Source of the DNA: Lepidodermella squamata
Lineage: Eukaryota > Animalia > Gastrotricha
NCBI GenBank assembly: GCA_047495785.1
Contig: JBLDXI010000016.1
Span: 186,001 to 250,000 of the forward strand
DNA length: 64,000 nucleotides
Direction: 5' to 3'
Shown: piece by piece, positions 22,116 through 33,759 of the stretch
How the letters are laid out: each line of letters opens with the position of its first letter
How positions within the stretch are numbered: the first letter of the stretch is position 1
Notes under the pieces: model-generated
Database searches by the model: none
Seen by the model: the letters and a program-made list of their open reading frames with translations, nothing else
Told to the model about the DNA's origin: nothing
Program-made: the position numbers and the translations under genes

Positions 22116-23196
22116 CAAAAATTCGCTCTTGCGTCTATTAGTTAGTTTTCTACTACATATGTAACATGTTTTGGGAACATGGTAAATGTAAAGCTTGCTG
22201 AACACGTCAACACGCCTTGTCAATTCATCTTCCAATTCGAGGATTAGACAATTATTTCACACCATCGGCTCGGTTGGTTCACATTCTACGCTGGCTGGCT
22301 GTTAGTATCGATTCAAACATCATGACAGTGCATACTGTTTTATTAGTTCTTACTTTGCAGGTGGGGCATATGTTTCTCCAAAAACACTGCGCCGGTTAAT
22401 TGGCATATCAGGCGAGACGGGATGATGTCGACCGGAGAAAGAAAAACTTTATGCAAGCCGCTAATTTATCGAGGGAAATTTCATCGTTGGCGCGTTGGCG
22501 TTGGATAGTGATTATGATAATCGTGCTTCTACGTTATAGCTCTGTATAGCAACGCAATCTGTAAGCTTACTCAGAGCAGTATTACACTAACGCGCTGTAG
22601 AATGAAATAACTGATGAAACATTCTTATTGCGACACAATAATGTTAGCCGTTTATTAAGTTTAGTAAACATCATTTTGCGCAATTTTTAGGCCAGAAATG
22701 GGCTGAAAATACACGGAAATAAGAAAGTCCTGAATAGTCATCCTTCCGGAAAATAGTCAATTGCGGTCTCTCACCTCAAGATCTGAATCTCGTACGCAGA
22801 TAGTTATCCTTTCTCATTTTAGCAACTCCTGGTTACTGAAAGCGAGCAGGTGAGAGTGTATGTTGTATGTGGTCTTGCTTTAATTATGTCTAATTAGGTG
22901 TTGTGATTGTGGGCGAGCGTAAGCTAAGTGTGACAGAAATCAAAGCGGAAAACACGGCCCGAAATACCTTAGATTTTATCATCAATTCTGTATCCATGTT
23001 GCAGTTCAAGACGAAGTATCGAATAATTTAACCCACGAAATGTATTGGCTAAAACATAATCGAAACACAGAATATTGAACAGGAAGAGGAAAAAAGGTAT
23101 AGTTAGAAGAGTCCACTATGATTCCATTAATGATTGCTGCCCTTCAGTATTTATTTCGATTACCCATTCAGCAGGTTTGAATTTATCCAGCTATTT

Positions 23197-24333
23197 TCAA
23201 ATGTAACCAGTGCTTTGGGCAACCCTTATTGCATACCCATTTATTGCAATGAAGTAAACAGATGCGCCGACCAGAACGATCAAATCAATGAATCTACCCT
23301 TCGCGATTTTGAACTTGCCAAAGCATTTAAGCTTCAAAGGTTCTGTGGCCCAACTTTTATAGGCTCTTGTGAAACCGCAAGCTGCCAGGGAATAAATGGT
23401 ACACGTCCAGGAGAAAAGTGAACACAAATCTGTGTAATTGCTCAGAAAAATTCTCTGGGGCTTAGGTGGGATCCTGCTTATAATACTACCCTGGAGAAAG
23501 GTTAACGCTAGCAAAATGGTAACAGCGAAAGCTGGTCTATCCGGTATTTCAGGCAACAAGAAAAAAGCAGCTAGTTCTAAGCTGGATAGAACAAGAGCTG
23601 GTATCATCAGGTTATAAATGAAAAATTCAGGCTTTCTCTTGAAATAGAAAGTAAAATGGGCGGCACTTCGATTGCCGAATACGTTGACGTAGTCGTATCT
23701 CTGATTCCAGCCGAGATAAGCCCATTCCATACCCGAGCCCATGAACAGCTCGTCTACCGCTGAGTATGATAGCGGCGCTAAAATTGCTGTGTTGATGTTT
23801 TCTTGCAATATGAATGATACTGTGCAGTTTTGCGAGTCGAATGGGAACAAAGAGAAGTCCATGGGGCACAGCGAGCTTAGTACCCCAACTTTTTGCCAGT
23901 AGACCCCAATAGTCGAACCCTTACTTGGATCGTTCCACAATTTTACGCGACTCGTGAAGCCATTCAACATGGCGAAGTCTTCTATCGCGTTCTTGTGATG
24001 AATGTGAGGCTGCCAAACTCTGTCAATGTTTATATTGGCGTTGATGTAATCCGGTCGGGTGTAGTTTGGACAATCAACAGACCAATCGATGGTTACAGCT
24101 CCAGAAAACACCATCTTCTCGTCAGAATCGACGATGGTATGAAATCGGTGAGGTAGCAGACCGATTCGTACTTCCAGTCGGCTACAATTTTTGAATTTCG
24201 TGATGTCGCCATTCTTACAAAGAGGCGCGTAAACTCCAGGTAGAATCATGCTGCAGGAAGCTAGCATTTCGTCGCCAATATACTGAGCCGAGCAACCCCC
24301 TAGAATAATAAATGGAACTACGATGGTCAGCAT
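23197..24333 (-). CDS. Non-canonical Cys-loop receptor subunit, copy 9
   Basis: 378-aa ORF; Cys-loop CPMDFSLFPFDSQNC; 4 TM. Confidence 0.93.
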   Translation of the reverse strand: MLTIVVPFIILGGCSAQYIGDEMLASCSMILPGVYAPLCKNGDITKFKNCSRLEVRIGLLPHRFHTIVDSDEKMVFSGAVTIDWSVDCPNYTRPDYINANINIDRVWQPHIHHKNAIEDFAMLNGFTSRVKLWNDPSKGSTIGVYWQKVGVLSSLCPMDFSLFPFDSQNCTVSFILQENINTAILAPLSYSAVDELFMGSGMEWAYLGWNQRYDYVNVFGNRSAAHFTFYFKRKPEFFIYNLMIPALVLSSLELAAFFLLPEIPDRPAFAVTILLALTFLQGSIISRIPPKPQRIFLSNYTDLCSLFSWTCTIYSLAACGFTRAYKSWATEPLKLKCFGKFKIAKGRFIDLIVLVGASVYFIAINGYAIRVAQSTGYI

Positions 24334-25256
24334 AGCTGATGCTTCTATGGTGCAAAATTAAATGCTTGTAATATTACATCCAGATTGACCTGTGCAGCCT
24401 TTTTAATCGTCCGTTCTGCGTCAATCATGTTTACAATATAATCAGACTGATATCGGACATAGAATAGGCGCAGCGATTTCGTATATTCCGGACTGCTATT
24501 CCCGCAATATATTCAGCAATGTATTAAGCCAACGCAATATGCACTCAAACAGGTCCGGGATATGCAGAAGTCTGGATAGTGCTGTAGTCAGCGGAACATA
24601 TAGGATGCCGCAATCAGTATTGATAATCTCGAATTTGACAATAAGATGATAGTTCGGCTGATTTGCAAGGCTTAGTATTGCAATACTAAGCCTTGCAAAT
24701 CGACCTGCTGTGTTGCGTTCCAGCACCTTTTATAAGTGATTAGAATCAGGGTTCCCTATGATCTCACGAGACGTACCAAGACGCAGCTCCCGTTATCCGG
24801 GTTTGCGTAAAAAATCACGTGACTTGTTTACCATAAAAGTGTACATAATAATAACTAGCGATGGCAACTTATTTTCGACGGCATTTCTTTAGTATTGACT
24901 ACAGGAGCCTGAGGCTTAAAAACGTTTTATTTCCTCCGCTGAAACCATAGACCATAGACAAATAATCAGAGACTGGACACTCTTGCTTTTGCAATATTAC
25001 TGCCGAAATTATTCGAATTTACAATTTAAGATTCCTCCTTAAACACATTTTAAAGGAAATTTTCGAATTTCAGCCCTCACTATATCCTGGCGTTGCAACG
25101 ACAGTTTTCATCGGCTGTGGACGAGCCGTGGCCATAAAAGGCAGTAGCAAACGCTCTATTCAACTATATAAATTTTGAAGCTTTATCGTAAAACTTTCCT
25201 CCCAAATCTGCGCTTTAAAAACATTGAGAGCCTGCCTTACAGTTTGCCCCATTTCG

Positions 25257-25785
25257 GATTCTAGAATGGTACTAATTCGATCAATGCAGAATTTTATGAG
25301 CTTTCTTTTGATAACCAAATCATGTGGTGCGTATTTACCTGGGCTTTCACAGTTTAATAAAAACGAAAAAGCAAATATGATCAAGTGGTTTTATGAATGA
25401 CCTGTCGCAATTCGTTATACCTACAGGAAATATTTTCGCAAATCTGTGATTTTCGTTGTTTGCTTCTACTCCTGAAAAATTGCATTTGTAATGTGCGCAC
25501 ACTCATTTGTACTTAGATCTTGAGAACGGTATCAGATATTGAAAAACGGGTTTCAGATTTGAAATCAGCGTGAAACATTGTAGTAGACCATGAAGTGAAC
25601 TCAAATTGTTCGTTTATTACGGTTTTCACTTGTCGCGGGTCACAAATAAAAAAGCGTAATAAAAAAATAGCCTTTTCACTTTTTCGTTACTCCCATCCCT
25701 ATCACAAGTATGCACCACATGATTTTGGTATCAAAAGAAAGCTCATAAAATGCTGCATCGATCCCATTAGTACCATTCTGGAATC
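25257..25785. mobile_element. Fold-back/MITE-like element with ~80-bp imperfect inverted repeats
   Basis: 25257-25336 is the imperfect reverse complement of 25706-25785 (also seen as mirrored ORF peptides KYAPHD..IKRKLIK.CID.ISTILES). Confidence 0.65.
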
Positions 25786-25927
25786 AGCCAACGATATTCC
25801 AAAACTAAAGCAAATATACATCGATTATCTCATACAAAAGTCAAAAATGGTGTACAAATGTTTATTTTCTCTAAAATTGTTCACCTGGAAACTTCACTTG
25901 AAAACTTCAAATTACATTCACTCGAGG

Positions 25928-27079
25928 CTACGCTGACCAGTAACCAGTATTTCGGGCTACTGCAAGAGCATAGCTATTAACTGCAATGAAGAAAACAGCC
26001 GCGAAGAAAAACGCCAGTAGATCAGCGAACCTGCCTCTGGTTAGCTTTGTTTTCTCAATGCAGATTAACCGGACTGGTTCTTTAAACCAGGCTTTATGCG
26101 TCCGTGTGAAGCCACAAGAAACTAGACAGTAGACGGTACATGTCCACGAGAAAAGTGAACACAAATCTGTGTAATCGCTCAAAAACATTCTCTGTGGCTT
26201 GGGTGGAATTCTGCTTATGATACTTCCCTGGAGAAAGGTTAACGCCAGCAATATAGTAACAGCGAAAACTGGTCTATCAGGCATATCTGGTAACATGAAA
26301 AAAGTTAACAATAGAAGGCTTGACATAACAAAAGCTGGTATCATCAAATTGTAAATGAAAAATTCGGGTTTGCGCCTGAAATAGAAGGTGAAGTGAGCAA
26401 CACTGCGATTGCCGAATACATAAACATAGTCGTAACTCTGATTCCAGCCCAGATAGGTCCATTCTAATCCTGGGGCCATGAATAACTTGTCTACTGCCGA
26501 GTAAGGTAATGAGGCTAAAACTGCCGCGTTTATGTTTTCTTGCAGCACGAATGACACTGAGCAGTTGTGTGAGTCGAATGGGAACAAAGCGAAATCCATC
26601 GGGCAAAGCGAGCTAAGAACTCCAACTCTTTGCCAGTAAACCCCAATAGTCGATCCGTTTGAAGGATCATTATACAAGATCACGCGGCTTGTGAAGCCGT
26701 TTGACATGGCAAAGTCTTCTATGGCATTTTTGTGATGGATGTGCGGCTGCCATACTTTGTCGCGATCCACATTAGCATTGAAATAATTAGTTCGGGTGTA
26801 GTTTGGGCATTCAACGTACCATTCGACAGCCACAGCTCCAGAAAACACCATTTTCTCGTCTGAATCAATAATGGTGTGAAAGCGGTGGGGTAACAGGCCA
26901 ATTTGTACCGCTAAGCGGCTGCAGTTTGTCAGATGTGTGATGTCGCCATCCTTACACAGGGGCGCGTAAACTCCGGGTAGAATCATGCTACAAGAAGCTA
27001 AAATGTCGTCGGCGATATACTGAGCCGAGCAAAGCCCCAGAATACTGAGATGCCGCAATAACAAATTGAAGACGGCCAT
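25928..27079 (-). CDS. Non-canonical Cys-loop receptor subunit, copy 10 (paralog of 9 and 15)
   Basis: 383-aa ORF; Cys-loop CPMDFALFPFDSHNC; 4 TM. Confidence 0.93.
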   Translation of the reverse strand: MAVFNLLLRHLSILGLCSAQYIADDILASCSMILPGVYAPLCKDGDITHLTNCSRLAVQIGLLPHRFHTIIDSDEKMVFSGAVAVEWYVECPNYTRTNYFNANVDRDKVWQPHIHHKNAIEDFAMSNGFTSRVILYNDPSNGSTIGVYWQRVGVLSSLCPMDFALFPFDSHNCSVSFVLQENINAAVLASLPYSAVDKLFMAPGLEWTYLGWNQSYDYVYVFGNRSVAHFTFYFRRKPEFFIYNLMIPAFVMSSLLLLTFFMLPDMPDRPVFAVTILLALTFLQGSIISRIPPKPQRMFLSDYTDLCSLFSWTCTVYCLVSCGFTRTHKAWFKEPVRLICIEKTKLTRGRFADLLAFFFAAVFFIAVNSYALAVARNTGYWSA

Positions 27080-27999
27080 CTAAGCCACTTTCCAGAGTTA
27101 TTGCTTGAATGCAAGTGGAATCTCGTTGCTCTGCTGAAAAACAGTATGCACTGCTATTTGCGGCCAGACTACTTTATCACTGTACATAATAAGGGTATAA
27201 CTTTCTCGGATATTTACCCGGAGGATAAAGGAATAGGACCAATACTCTCGCCTATTTATTTTGGTAACTTTCAATATCATCAGGAAAAATATTGATGAGG
27301 AGTATAATTGCAGTGATTATTTACCATGCACAGTTGGGGCTATTTATTCGGGTAATTATACCCCATTTTTACATGTTTGACATGTCGACTCCATCGATTC
27401 GGCTAATATCGAACATGGAAAATGAGGAGAATTGGAACGACGCAAAAATCATCGATCGAGCGTGTAATCAAGCGTGACGTTACAGTTTAATTCTGTTTAG
27501 GCGTGACAATTGATAACATTATGGCGTGTGTGGGAAAGTCAAATCGCATTGCTTCGGCTCACAGCTGAAATCATGTGGAGGTATTACAAATAAAACTATG
27601 AGCTACGCCTGCGGAACCAATTCATTCCCATTGACCTCGGTTGTGATTAACGCAGGCCTACTAAAGCTTACCAATAAGCTAATACCAGATAGGGAATCAG
27701 AGAAAGAAAGCTGACGTTCAAGTTTTAAATTTCACTTTGAACTGAGTTTGAATAAGGAATTAAAATAAGGAATAAGGAATTTGAATAAGGCTTTTTGCAA
27801 AAGGCGTGTGGACTGGATTAGTTAGTAATGTTAGATAGATAAATAGAGTGAGAGTTTTTCTTAACGAATTAATAGCTGTTAATACGGGCTGCAAAAAGCG
27901 GCACGCGATATATCTGAACGTGAGAGCGTAGCGATCGAGTGCATTTTTTGCGTTTTTCACTAACTTTATTCCTTTTCATGTTACGCACGTCGGCTATTA

Positions 28000-29357
28000 A
28001 CCCGGAGCTATTCGCTCGGGCTACGGATACCATAGCCAGGGTACGAAATGCTGATGTCGCCCGTGGCGATCGCAATCCCTTTCCGATTTGCGTCGTTTTA
28101 TTGAATCGCATATGTCGGACGAAACTAGACCTTTCGAAGAATGGGTCTATGACAAAACAGCCATGCCGGGTGACAAGTTCACAGTTCGAGACAGCTATTT
28201 CGGCCAGTATCTCGTCATAGGTTTGTCTCGCAAAACGCCGTTGCCAGTGCCCATGGCACCTGTTGGCGCCCTCGTCGGCGTGGGTGGGGTGGACGAGTTT
28301 GACTCGTGCGATGACGCATCTGACTCCGGTTCTGATGAAGAAGCAGATCAAGCGGCAGTGGCTGATTCAAGCTTCAAGCGCAGGAAATGTTATCACTGAC
28401 GAGATGGAGCTGAAAATGCTGAAAGTCGGCACTCAGGTAGTGTACTACCACTCCTTGAAACGGGCTATCTTGGAACTCACTGCTAACGCCGTCGACGTAA
28501 CAGATAGCCACGAGTTTCCCTTCGCTATGTCGCATTTCGCTGCGATGCGCAAAGCCGCTAAGCAAGGTATTTACTTTATCTACGTAACCCATCTCCCTGG
28601 TCAACGTTTCTCCTTTTAGCTGGAATGGGTGCTCCAACTGGCGTGCGGCTGTTGAGTGTGAGCCATGCAAGGCAGGCCTGTCAGTCGGGATCGCTTGGGA
28701 CCGGCCATCTAAACAACGCCGTTTACTCCATCCTTGTGTTATGCGGCATGCGAACTGGCGTAGAGATTCAGTCCATAACTGAAGCCGACGTCAGCAAGCG
28801 GCAAAAGTGTTGCGGGAAAAGCTACGACAATTTCCAAGCAGTAAAACAAGCGCTTTCCTACGCACCCCAAACGTTACGAAGCACTCTGTAAAACACTGGT
28901 TCCGCGAAACAGCTATGAGTCCAAGAACGATGGGTCTCCTGTCGAAGACGTTGATGGCTCGGTCTTGCTCGCCTTTATTCAAACTACAGCTGGCGGCGCT
29001 TAGCAATTAATATTCTATCCTCCTGTGGGTTTGCTCAGAATAAAATTGCTTTATACGTTGGGCATTATAACGTATACAGTATCAATCGTTATGATGGTAA
29101 GTCCCGTCAGTTTCCTCATTGATACATGTCTTCATTCTTTTCTTGTAGAGCTGAAGCCTAGCCAGCTGCAAGAGAAGCAGGCGTGCGTGTTTTCGGCTGT
29201 TTTCGGTGACGGGCCAATCGATGACCTGCTGCATCGCCTCGCTTCGTCTCCTTCTCATCGCGGTGCTGCGAGTGCGCAAGCGTCGACGCCTCCTAGTCAA
29301 GCTGCCAGCGGCAGCGCTGTGCTTCCTGATTCGGCGGCACCAGCATCAAAGCGGTGA
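28000..29357 (+). mobile_element. Decayed Crypton-like (tyrosine recombinase / DUF3504) element with introns
   Basis: Splicing 28567-28619 gives AMRKAAKQAGMG..RLLS..QSGSLG..LNNAVYSILVLCGMRTGVEIQSITEADV, followed in another frame by HWFRETAMSPRTMGLLSKTLM; this resembles the Crypton YR GxRxxxE box and downstream WF...GxxTl..M motif; frameshifts/stops present; boundaries approximate. Confidence 0.62.
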
Positions 29358-29697
29358 GTTATCACCTTGCATGGCATCGCCAGAGATGCGCCAAACGTGG
29401 CAATACTATTTTAATTTTTCTTTCATCAGTGTAGCAGACTAAAATCTGGCAATTCAACTGAACATCTTGTTCTGAGTTCTTTTCAAGCTAGCTCGCCTGA
29501 AGTTTGATCCTCAGACCTAATACCGTTCACGCATAAGAACAACACATATTTTTTCGTTGTCTCACCGGATTTATTAAAAAATCATTAAATAACTCGGATG
29601 AGGCTAAAGCTAAACTAGGCGAAGAATGGAGTGATATTCGCCGCGTCGAAGTGGCATGCAAAATGCCATAGGCAGCTGATATAATTAATCACTCGGC

Positions 29698-30858
29698 TCA
29701 AATGTAATCAACACTTCTCGCAACAGTCAGAACATAGCAATTAATAGAAACGTAGAAAATGATGGCACCAAAAAGTGCGATAACATCGATAAATCTGCCT
29801 AAAGATATTCCTGTTTTGCTTATGCAAGCTAAGAACTTCACCGGCTTCTTAAAATGGGCCTTATAAGCCCTGGTAAAGCCGCAAGATGCCAACGAGTAAA
29901 TCGTGCTGGCCCACGCGAAAAGTGAGCACAAATCTGTGTAGTTGCTCAGGAAAATTCGTTGTGGCTTCGGTGGGACTCGGCTTAGAATACTACCCTGTAA
30001 AAAAGTCAGGGCTAACAGGATGGTAACCGCAAAAACTGGCCTATCAGGGATTTCTGGTAACAAGAAGAAAGAAGCAATTTCCAGGCTGGACAGGATCAAA
30101 CACGGGAACATGAGGTTGTAGATGTAAAATTCAGGTTTCCGCATGAAATGAAGCGTAAAATGGGCGGCGCTTCGATTTCCGAAAACGTTAACAAAGCTAG
30201 TACTTTGGTTCCAGCCCAAGTAGGTCCACTCCAAACCAGGGCTCATGAAATCTTCATCAACCGCCGAAGCTAGGTTCAGAACGAACCCAACTGTCTTTTT
30301 GTTCTCTTGAATGACAAACGAGATCGAGCAAGACTGTGTGTCGAATGGGAACAGGCCAAAATCCATAGGGCAAAGTGAAGTGAAAACGCCTATCCGTTGC
30401 CAATAGACGGCTATGTTACCCGCAGGGATCGTCGCATCGCGGAAGAGCTGTGTCCGCTCGGTAAAGCCGTTCGACATAGTGAAATCGTAAATCGCGTTTT
30501 TGTGGTGAATATGAGGCAGCCAGACTTGGTCCCGTTCGACGTAAGCTGTCCTTGGCGAGGATTTCGTGAAGTTCTCGCATGGTGCGTGGTAATCAATGTT
30601 CAGAGCTCCCGATAGCGCTGTTGTCTCATCCGCATCAATAATTGTGTGAAAGCGATGGGGTAGGAAAGTAATCAACACAGGCAGCACCTCGCACCTCCCA
30701 TCGATCGAATAATCACCCATCGGGCAGATGGGAGTGTAGACACCTGGTAAGAAATGATTACAGGATTCCAGCATATCTTGGCCTATGAACTGAGCCGAGC
30801 TTAGAGCATCGACCATCAAAAAAGACAAGGCTAATTTGAAAATCATTTTTCGTCGCAT
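29698..30858 (-). CDS. Non-canonical Cys-loop receptor subunit, copy 11
   Basis: First ATG at 30858; Cys-loop CPMDFGLFPFDTQSC; 4 TM; closest to copy 4. Confidence 0.93.
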   Translation of the reverse strand: MRRKMIFKLALSFLMVDALSSAQFIGQDMLESCNHFLPGVYTPICPMGDYSIDGRCEVLPVLITFLPHRFHTIIDADETTALSGALNIDYHAPCENFTKSSPRTAYVERDQVWLPHIHHKNAIYDFTMSNGFTERTQLFRDATIPAGNIAVYWQRIGVFTSLCPMDFGLFPFDTQSCSISFVIQENKKTVGFVLNLASAVDEDFMSPGLEWTYLGWNQSTSFVNVFGNRSAAHFTLHFMRKPEFYIYNLMFPCLILSSLEIASFFLLPEIPDRPVFAVTILLALTFLQGSILSRVPPKPQRIFLSNYTDLCSLFAWASTIYSLASCGFTRAYKAHFKKPVKFLACISKTGISLGRFIDVIALFGAIIFYVSINCYVLTVARSVDYI

Positions 30859-32326
30859 AAGCAAACTCCTAAGCTGTTTGTAGATACCTGCGATACATCG
30901 ATTCTTGGGTTTATTCCCGGGTGCAGTATTGAATTATTCATCCCATGGGAATAGCTAAGCTCTGAAAAAACAATAACCTGCTATGAGATTTCCTGATATC
31001 GACATTTCCTCAATATCTAAGCATATTTTATCCGTTAACTGATTTGAAACCAACACAAAGGTCCCGTGCCATTCATTTAGTAATAGAAACTGTCGTATTA
31101 GCATTGAAAAAGCATACTTCTGCGCGCTCAGCGCTAAATTAATGCTTAGTGACGCGTAACTGCCCTAGGAACGCAGTCCGTACTTTCCCGCTTTTTAAAA
31201 ATACGGTTTTCAATATTAAAGTTCTAGGTTTTACTCGTTTTTTTGCAAAAAATATTTGTTGCAAAACTACAGTATGGGGTTGAGCTAGATGAGGGATAGC
31301 TCACTAGATTTGGCTTCGATTCACAGAAATTTTAAACCATTGAATAACCTTAAAGCAGCAATTCCAGTTAAAAGTGAAAATTGAAACCTGATTTGCCATT
31401 TAGTTCGTAGATACCTTGATCATTGATAAATTTAAGGTCCAATCCCAGGAAATATTCCTGAAACTAACTAGGAGCTAAGGTCAGCGCAGCGGCGGTCTAT
31501 TATATTCATCCGATATATTATATTCATTCCGTTACCCATCCGAGGCGATGCCGAAGCGGTTCAGGATCCGCGAGTTGTTTGGCACGACAAATAATCTTCA
31601 CCGCTTTGTCCTCGGTCGACTGAAGTCTGCCTAGCGTTGTTGGCACAGCCTGGCGTAATGTAATATTATGATGATAATGATTTTTATTGAGAAGCTCTCT
31701 CTCTCATCAATAAGGGTGCATGGGTATTTAGGATCCGATCATCTCTCATTCGTAGTGCCAGTTCATAAAGTTAGATGGCGTTGCGGTAAAATGTTGCCTA
31801 TGATGCCTTATGACTGCTTCCCCTCTTGATTCCCCAAGTTCGCAAATTTCATTAATTTATTTTCTTAAATTCCACGAAAACTCGACTGCGATCATTTTTA
31901 CAAAAATTATGCAAAATATGGTGTTTCCAGAGGCCATCCAATGGTATAAGACTCCTGAGAATCTATACCCAAGAAATGTCCATTTGCTCCGTTATGAAAT
32001 TAAAAGGTCCCGAGTACCTATAAAATTGCCATAGTGTAAAATTGCAATGCCAGGATTACACGTGTTAATAAAAAATGCATAAGGTCGGTCGAATCAACAA
32101 TTTACTCCCGACACCTACTTATGACGTAAATTTAATTAAAACCCAGGACCCTGGCAAAAGCAAGTCAACATCAAAACAAAGTATATTACGCAGGCTTTGT
32201 AGCTACGATATATCTTGAAAAAAAACAGGAAACAGATGAAAAGTCAACTAAAAACAGGAAGGTGGCATGTTATATATTGTCCTTGCCAGCGGTATCATTG
32301 GCATTCCGCTTTGAAAGTGATTCGAA

Positions 32327-33553
32327 ATGCATTCAATACAGAACTTGCTAGTTATGTTTCTCTCAGCTGGTCTGACTTCGGCAATGAACGATAGTCGGCC
32401 GACAGTTTATACCAGGATGAGGGAGAAATTATTCGACCTTTGCCCAGCAGCTAGTTCGAAATACCTCCCGGTCGAGGCTGCGAAATACAACCATCTCAAA
32501 GGCTCGAACGCCAATTTACGAGTCAACGTATCTGGCCTTTTATACCGCTTCGTCGAAATCAGCGACGTTGACCGTCGATTATCGCTCATAGCCGAAATTC
32601 AGTATACCTGGAACTACCCATGCCCAAAAATTGCTTGTGACGAGTTATTGGATGGTGAAGATCGCGTCCTTTGTAACCGAACCGGTCTTCACTTCACTGC
32701 GTCAGCAAACGATATCTGGTCCCCGAATCTTGTTCATATCAATGCCTATGAAAACACACGCCTAGATAGTGATGAGCTGAATTCTTTACCTATTTGGATT
32801 GATCCATTGAAGCTCCAAGCGTCGTTTTCACGATTAGCAAGATTCGACTCCGTATGCAAAGGCTTCGAATTCAGCCACTTCCCTTTCGACTATCTTGTTT
32901 GCTCTATGGCGTTCGATTCTGAGGATACCATGGTAGCGTTCAAGCTCGATCAATTCAAAATCGATACAGCAAGGGCTGGGCCCAATTTCATAAAAGACGT
33001 CGAGGTCTGGTCTCTTGTTAAACTCGCCCCAACTGAGAGTTCAATTGAATGGCCACCTGGGAGTGGAGAGTTTCTCAGTAGGATCGTGCTACAGATGCAG
33101 TACCGTCGAAAGCCTGATTTTTACATTTGCAACATTTTCCTACCAACGATATTTCTTTATATCATCCACATCTCGGCTCTTTTGGTACATGCTGATATGC
33201 TGGACCGGCCTAATTTGAGTATGACCGTTCTGTTAGCTTATTCAGTGATTCTATCTATGATTTACGAATCGATTCCAATGACGGCCGAGCCAGTTTATGT
33301 GGTCTATATGGTGGTGACAAAGTTTGTCTGTGGGGCAGTGATCACAATTTACACGATCCTCACCCGAAGACTAGCGAAAACCACCGACAGCCATTTGCGA
33401 ATTGCGATAAGCTGTATTTCAATTGATTGGGAGGTTCCGTTTGAGAAATGCCTTGATTTGCTTGTTGCTACGTTTGGCTCGATTACGGTTTTGGTCTCTG
33501 ATATTGTCTATCTTTGCCTAATGACTTCGGGAACAAATTATCCCATCAAATGA
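32327..33553 (+). CDS. Divergent intronless Cys-loop receptor subunit (copy 12, opposite strand)
   Basis: 408-aa ORF; signal peptide; DIWSPNLVHINA; Cys-loop CKGFEFSHFPFDYLVC (14 intervening residues); RRKPDFY; M2 DRPNLSMTVLLAYSVIL; 4 TM. Confidence 0.9.
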   Translation: MHSIQNLLVMFLSAGLTSAMNDSRPTVYTRMREKLFDLCPAASSKYLPVEAAKYNHLKGSNANLRVNVSGLLYRFVEISDVDRRLSLIAEIQYTWNYPCPKIACDELLDGEDRVLCNRTGLHFTASANDIWSPNLVHINAYENTRLDSDELNSLPIWIDPLKLQASFSRLARFDSVCKGFEFSHFPFDYLVCSMAFDSEDTMVAFKLDQFKIDTARAGPNFIKDVEVWSLVKLAPTESSIEWPPGSGEFLSRIVLQMQYRRKPDFYICNIFLPTIFLYIIHISALLVHADMLDRPNLSMTVLLAYSVILSMIYESIPMTAEPVYVVYMVVTKFVCGAVITIYTILTRRLAKTTDSHLRIAISCISIDWEVPFEKCLDLLVATFGSITVLVSDIVYLCLMTSGTNYPIK

Positions 33554-33759
33554 GTACAAGTCTGAGAAATCGGCTAGCTACTTTGAGATTGAGATCCATT
33601 CTCAAATAAGAACTACTGTATCCAATTTTAGAGTGAAATTAATGTGCGTTTTAGCTTGTTTTTGGATACTGCATATTGTCTAACGAATTCATTTAAACAA
33701 TTCAAGCCGCTTTTTCAATTCTTTTTCATACTTATAAGCTCAACATGATGCGCTTGAGC

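Noticed and set aside
22116-22235. 40-aa N-terminal extension of copy 8 in the ORF track
   Set aside because: Begins at a non-ATG codon; the signal peptide and homology start at ATG 22115
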